Source: Candidatus Methanomethylophilaceae archaeon
GTDB taxonomy: Archaea; Thermoplasmatota; Thermoplasmata; Methanomassiliicoccales; Methanomethylophilaceae
Length of the DNA stretch: 64,000 bases
Assembly: GCA_045596945.1 (NCBI GenBank)
Contig: JAZODL010000199.1
Span: forward strand, 1,143 to 65,142
Reading direction: 5' to 3'
Shown: piece after piece, positions 61,563 through 64,000 of the stretch
Layout: each line of letters opens with the position of its first letter
How positions within the stretch are numbered: position 1 is the first letter of the stretch
Notes under the pieces: generated by a model
Database searches by the model: none
Told to the model about the DNA's origin: nothing
What the model saw: the letters and a program-made list of their open reading frames with translations, nothing else
Position numbers and translations under genes: made by a program

Positions 61563-62372
61563 TCAGAGGAGGAGCCCCGAGAGCATTCCCACGAGGGCCA
61601 TCCCGAGGGCGGCCCCCGCCAGTATGAAGCGCAACGTGGACTCCCTGTACAGGCCGTCCACCTTCCCCCTGAGGCCTTCCATCTCCTCATCGAGGGCCTT
61701 CACCAGGAGTTCGGTCGTCCCGATGCATGTGAAGTTCTCCTCCATCTTTCTGATGGCTTCGGGGATATCGCGTTCGACGACTCCGACGAGACTCTCGAGC
61801 TGACATTTCAGTGCATCCATATCATGTTTCTGTACTCTGATGCGCTCATCCATATCATCGGCAACCGCATCCAGATCATCCACCGTGGCCTTGATGCCAT
61901 CAACACTCTCCCTCAGGGCACCCAGTTCGCGCATCGCTCCGGCCATGTCATCACTCAGGAACTCGCACCTCCTGTGAAGTTCCCTTGTGTTGAAATCGAG
62001 GATGTCATGGAGCCCCTTCGCCGAGTTACTGGCCTTGAGAGCGACGCACCTCAAATCGAGCACCTGTGTCCCGAGTTCTCTGACGACCCCTCCGATCCTG
62101 TCGAGCTCCGCGTCCAGGTCGGCCATCCCCTCTGTGAAGTCGTCCATGCCGTGGGCGAGCATGGTCAGGTCGGACGACACCTCACCATCCAGTCTGGTCA
62201 GTGTGTCGGACAGTCCCCCGATCTTGTCGCAGATGAGCGTGTTCATCTCCTCCAGGCTGTCGTTCCTGGACTCCAGGACCGCCATCTTGGCGGTCAAGGT
62301 CTTGGTGCCACTTTCAGACTCTTTGGTCTTCGCACGGGCCGTCTTGATTTTCTTCTCGTCCGTCATGTCCAT
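61563..62372 (-). CDS. coiled-coil protein with C-terminal membrane anchor
   Basis: Long heptad repeats, then FILAGAALGMALVGMLSGLLL. Confidence 0.65.
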   Translation of the reverse strand: MDMTDEKKIKTARAKTKESESGTKTLTAKMAVLESRNDSLEEMNTLICDKIGGLSDTLTRLDGEVSSDLTMLAHGMDDFTEGMADLDAELDRIGGVVRELGTQVLDLRCVALKASNSAKGLHDILDFNTRELHRRCEFLSDDMAGAMRELGALRESVDGIKATVDDLDAVADDMDERIRVQKHDMDALKCQLESLVGVVERDIPEAIRKMEENFTCIGTTELLVKALDEEMEGLRGKVDGLYRESTLRFILAGAALGMALVGMLSGLLL

Positions 62373-62398
62373 ACCTCTGGAACGTAATCCCCTTCCGA

Positions 62399-62857
62399 TT
62401 ATAAATGGTTCGGGGGAACGAGTGCGTCCCTGATACGGGTCCATATCCCAGCAGTGGCCCTGACCACGGTGCAGTCGCACAGGCAATAGGTGGTGTACCT
62501 CCCCACAGAATCCGTGACGGCCTTCGCACGGAGCCTGTCGTTCACCAGATACCTCACGTCCTCGTACGTGATGTCGCGGAGCCTCCTGCCGTCGTACCCC
62601 ATGATGTCCACATCGCCGTACCTGAGGATGCGGTCGCCCTCCATCAAGGCGGGCGCAGGACGGCGACCGGAACGTGCATCGGGGTCGTACCTGACCGCGA
62701 ACCTCCTGTCCCCGATATCCATCAGGACGATTGTATCATCCCTGCCTATGTCCACCCCGTCCGTGTCGAACCACCCGCCCGCGGGGTGGAGTGAGAAGGC
62801 CTCCACCCTCCCGGTTCCGCGCACGCACACCCCGATACTGTTGTCATGCTTGCTCAT
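62399..62857 (-). CDS. hypothetical protein
   Basis: GGAG and TTTATA upstream. Confidence 0.5.
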   Translation of the reverse strand: MSKHDNSIGVCVRGTGRVEAFSLHPAGGWFDTDGVDIGRDDTIVLMDIGDRRFAVRYDPDARSGRRPAPALMEGDRILRYGDVDIMGYDGRRLRDITYEDVRYLVNDRLRAKAVTDSVGRYTTYCLCDCTVVRATAGIWTRIRDALVPPNHL

Positions 62858-62911
62858 ATGTGATGCTCCTGTGTGTTATATGTATGATAAAAATGGTATA
62901 AAAGGTTTGAG

Positions 62912-63280
62912 TCAGGGATGGGGATGGTTCATGTAGTACCACTCCACCTCGTCCCAGAACTCCTCGTAGAGCCTGTCCAACTCGGCTTCGCGTGCGACCA
63001 GTTCGGCATCGGCCATCGTGACGCTGGCGAACAGGGCGAGGGCGACGACCACGACAATCACGACCGCAATCCCCATCCTGCGTTCCCTGGTCCAGTCCCT
63101 CAACCCCCCTACACCCATATGGATGGTGACCAACGCCGCGATCGCGACCAGGATCAGGAGGAGGTTCAGTTCCATGTTCATCTGGAAGGGGCCGGCCAGC
63201 ATGTCGCCGGCCAGCTGCTCCTTCATGCCCACCAGTTCCGCGTAATCATCCAACAGGTGTGCGGGTACCGTCGTTCCCAT
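62912..63280 (-). CDS. hypothetical membrane protein (2 TM)
   Basis: Two hydrophobic helices. Confidence 0.55.
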   Translation of the reverse strand: MGTTVPAHLLDDYAELVGMKEQLAGDMLAGPFQMNMELNLLLILVAIAALVTIHMGVGGLRDWTRERRMGIAVVIVVVVALALFASVTMADAELVAREAELDRLYEEFWDEVEWYYMNHPHP

Positions 63281-63334
63281 CGTCTTCCTCCCTGTCGATC
63301 CATGCGCCGTCCGAGTAGTGCTCGCCCATGCGCA

Positions 63335-63592
63335 TCATATGTCGAAGACCCCCGTGACATCCGTGAGACGGAGGGCGCCGGATGATGCCATCTCGTACAC
63401 CTCGTGAATCAGGGACTCCGCATCCTCCGCATCCATCATGCCACCGTCCACGGACACGTTGCCTTCCCCCCAGACCATGTCGTAGTAGAGGACGCCATGC
63501 TCCTCCAGGATGCCTATCAGTACGTTCTCGAGCTCCACGAGGTCCTGCAGCTCGGGGTCGTTGGACCAGGACAGCGTGCACCTGGTCATCAC
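63335..63592 (-). CDS. hypothetical acidic protein
   Basis: Coupled start/stop with the upstream gene; GAGGTGA upstream. Confidence 0.5.
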   Translation of the reverse strand: MMTRCTLSWSNDPELQDLVELENVLIGILEEHGVLYYDMVWGEGNVSVDGGMMDAEDAESLIHEVYEMASSGALRLTDVTGVFDI

Positions 63593-63816
63593 TCATCACC
63601 TCTGATGTCGGCATATCTGCGTTCCCCCTCTCTGTCCATGAAGGCCCCTATCCTCTCCAGATCCTCCATGCTCCTCTCGCAGAACATGTTCTTGTCGTCG
63701 TTCAGGGCATCGTCCCCCAGGTCGAGGTTCGAGAGCCCGATGATACTGTCCTTTATGTAATCGATATGCGTCTCGGCCCTCACGAGGGTGGCCAGATAAC
63801 GTGCATCCTCCTTCAT
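63589..63816 (-). CDS. hypothetical protein
   Basis: MKEDARYL start after AGGAG; 3' part of ORF 63589..63969. Confidence 0.5.
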   Translation of the reverse strand: MKEDARYLATLVRAETHIDYIKDSIIGLSNLDLGDDALNDDKNMFCERSMEDLERIGAFMDREGERRYADIRGDE

Positions 63817-64000
63817 TTCCGTATCTCCTTCAAGTCGTTTGCAGGGGAATCCCCATATGGGGATATAATCCCCTCGGCTCCCCTCGGGGCTCCGTACCGA
63901 CGGATCCTCGATAGCTTGTGCTCCAGCATCCTGTTCCACTGCCCCATGGCCCTGACCACGGTCCTGCACCTGGGCCCCCTCTCATGGCAACGGGGGCACA

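Overview
The whole window is tailed-virus (Caudoviricetes-type, siphovirus-like) DNA with no host genes. The host is most likely a Methanomassiliicoccales/Thermoplasmata archaeon (inference from TATA-like promoters, a host-like surface protein and near-total avoidance of TAG stops). It holds replication/recombination genes (8-14 kb), a tail module with a -1 frameshift chaperone (14.6-24.6 kb), putative internal head proteins, a tyrosine recombinase (30.2-31.1 kb) and a head module (50-59.5 kb). The main finding is a tail-fibre diversification locus at about 32.2-45.3 kb. Ten in-frame 'xAIN' crossover-like sites fall into three 6-bp spacer classes (AGTGCG, ACTGCG, AAGGCA) and define a nested, two-tier shufflon that could give one constant N-terminus up to 8 alternative C-termini. 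The currently fused C-terminus is also the target of a diversity-generating retroelement (RT plus TR/VR with 23 adenine-specific mismatches; no Avd seen). A single in-frame TAG at 61132-61134 is a candidate pyrrolysine codon. All calls come from reading motifs by eye; no database searches were run.
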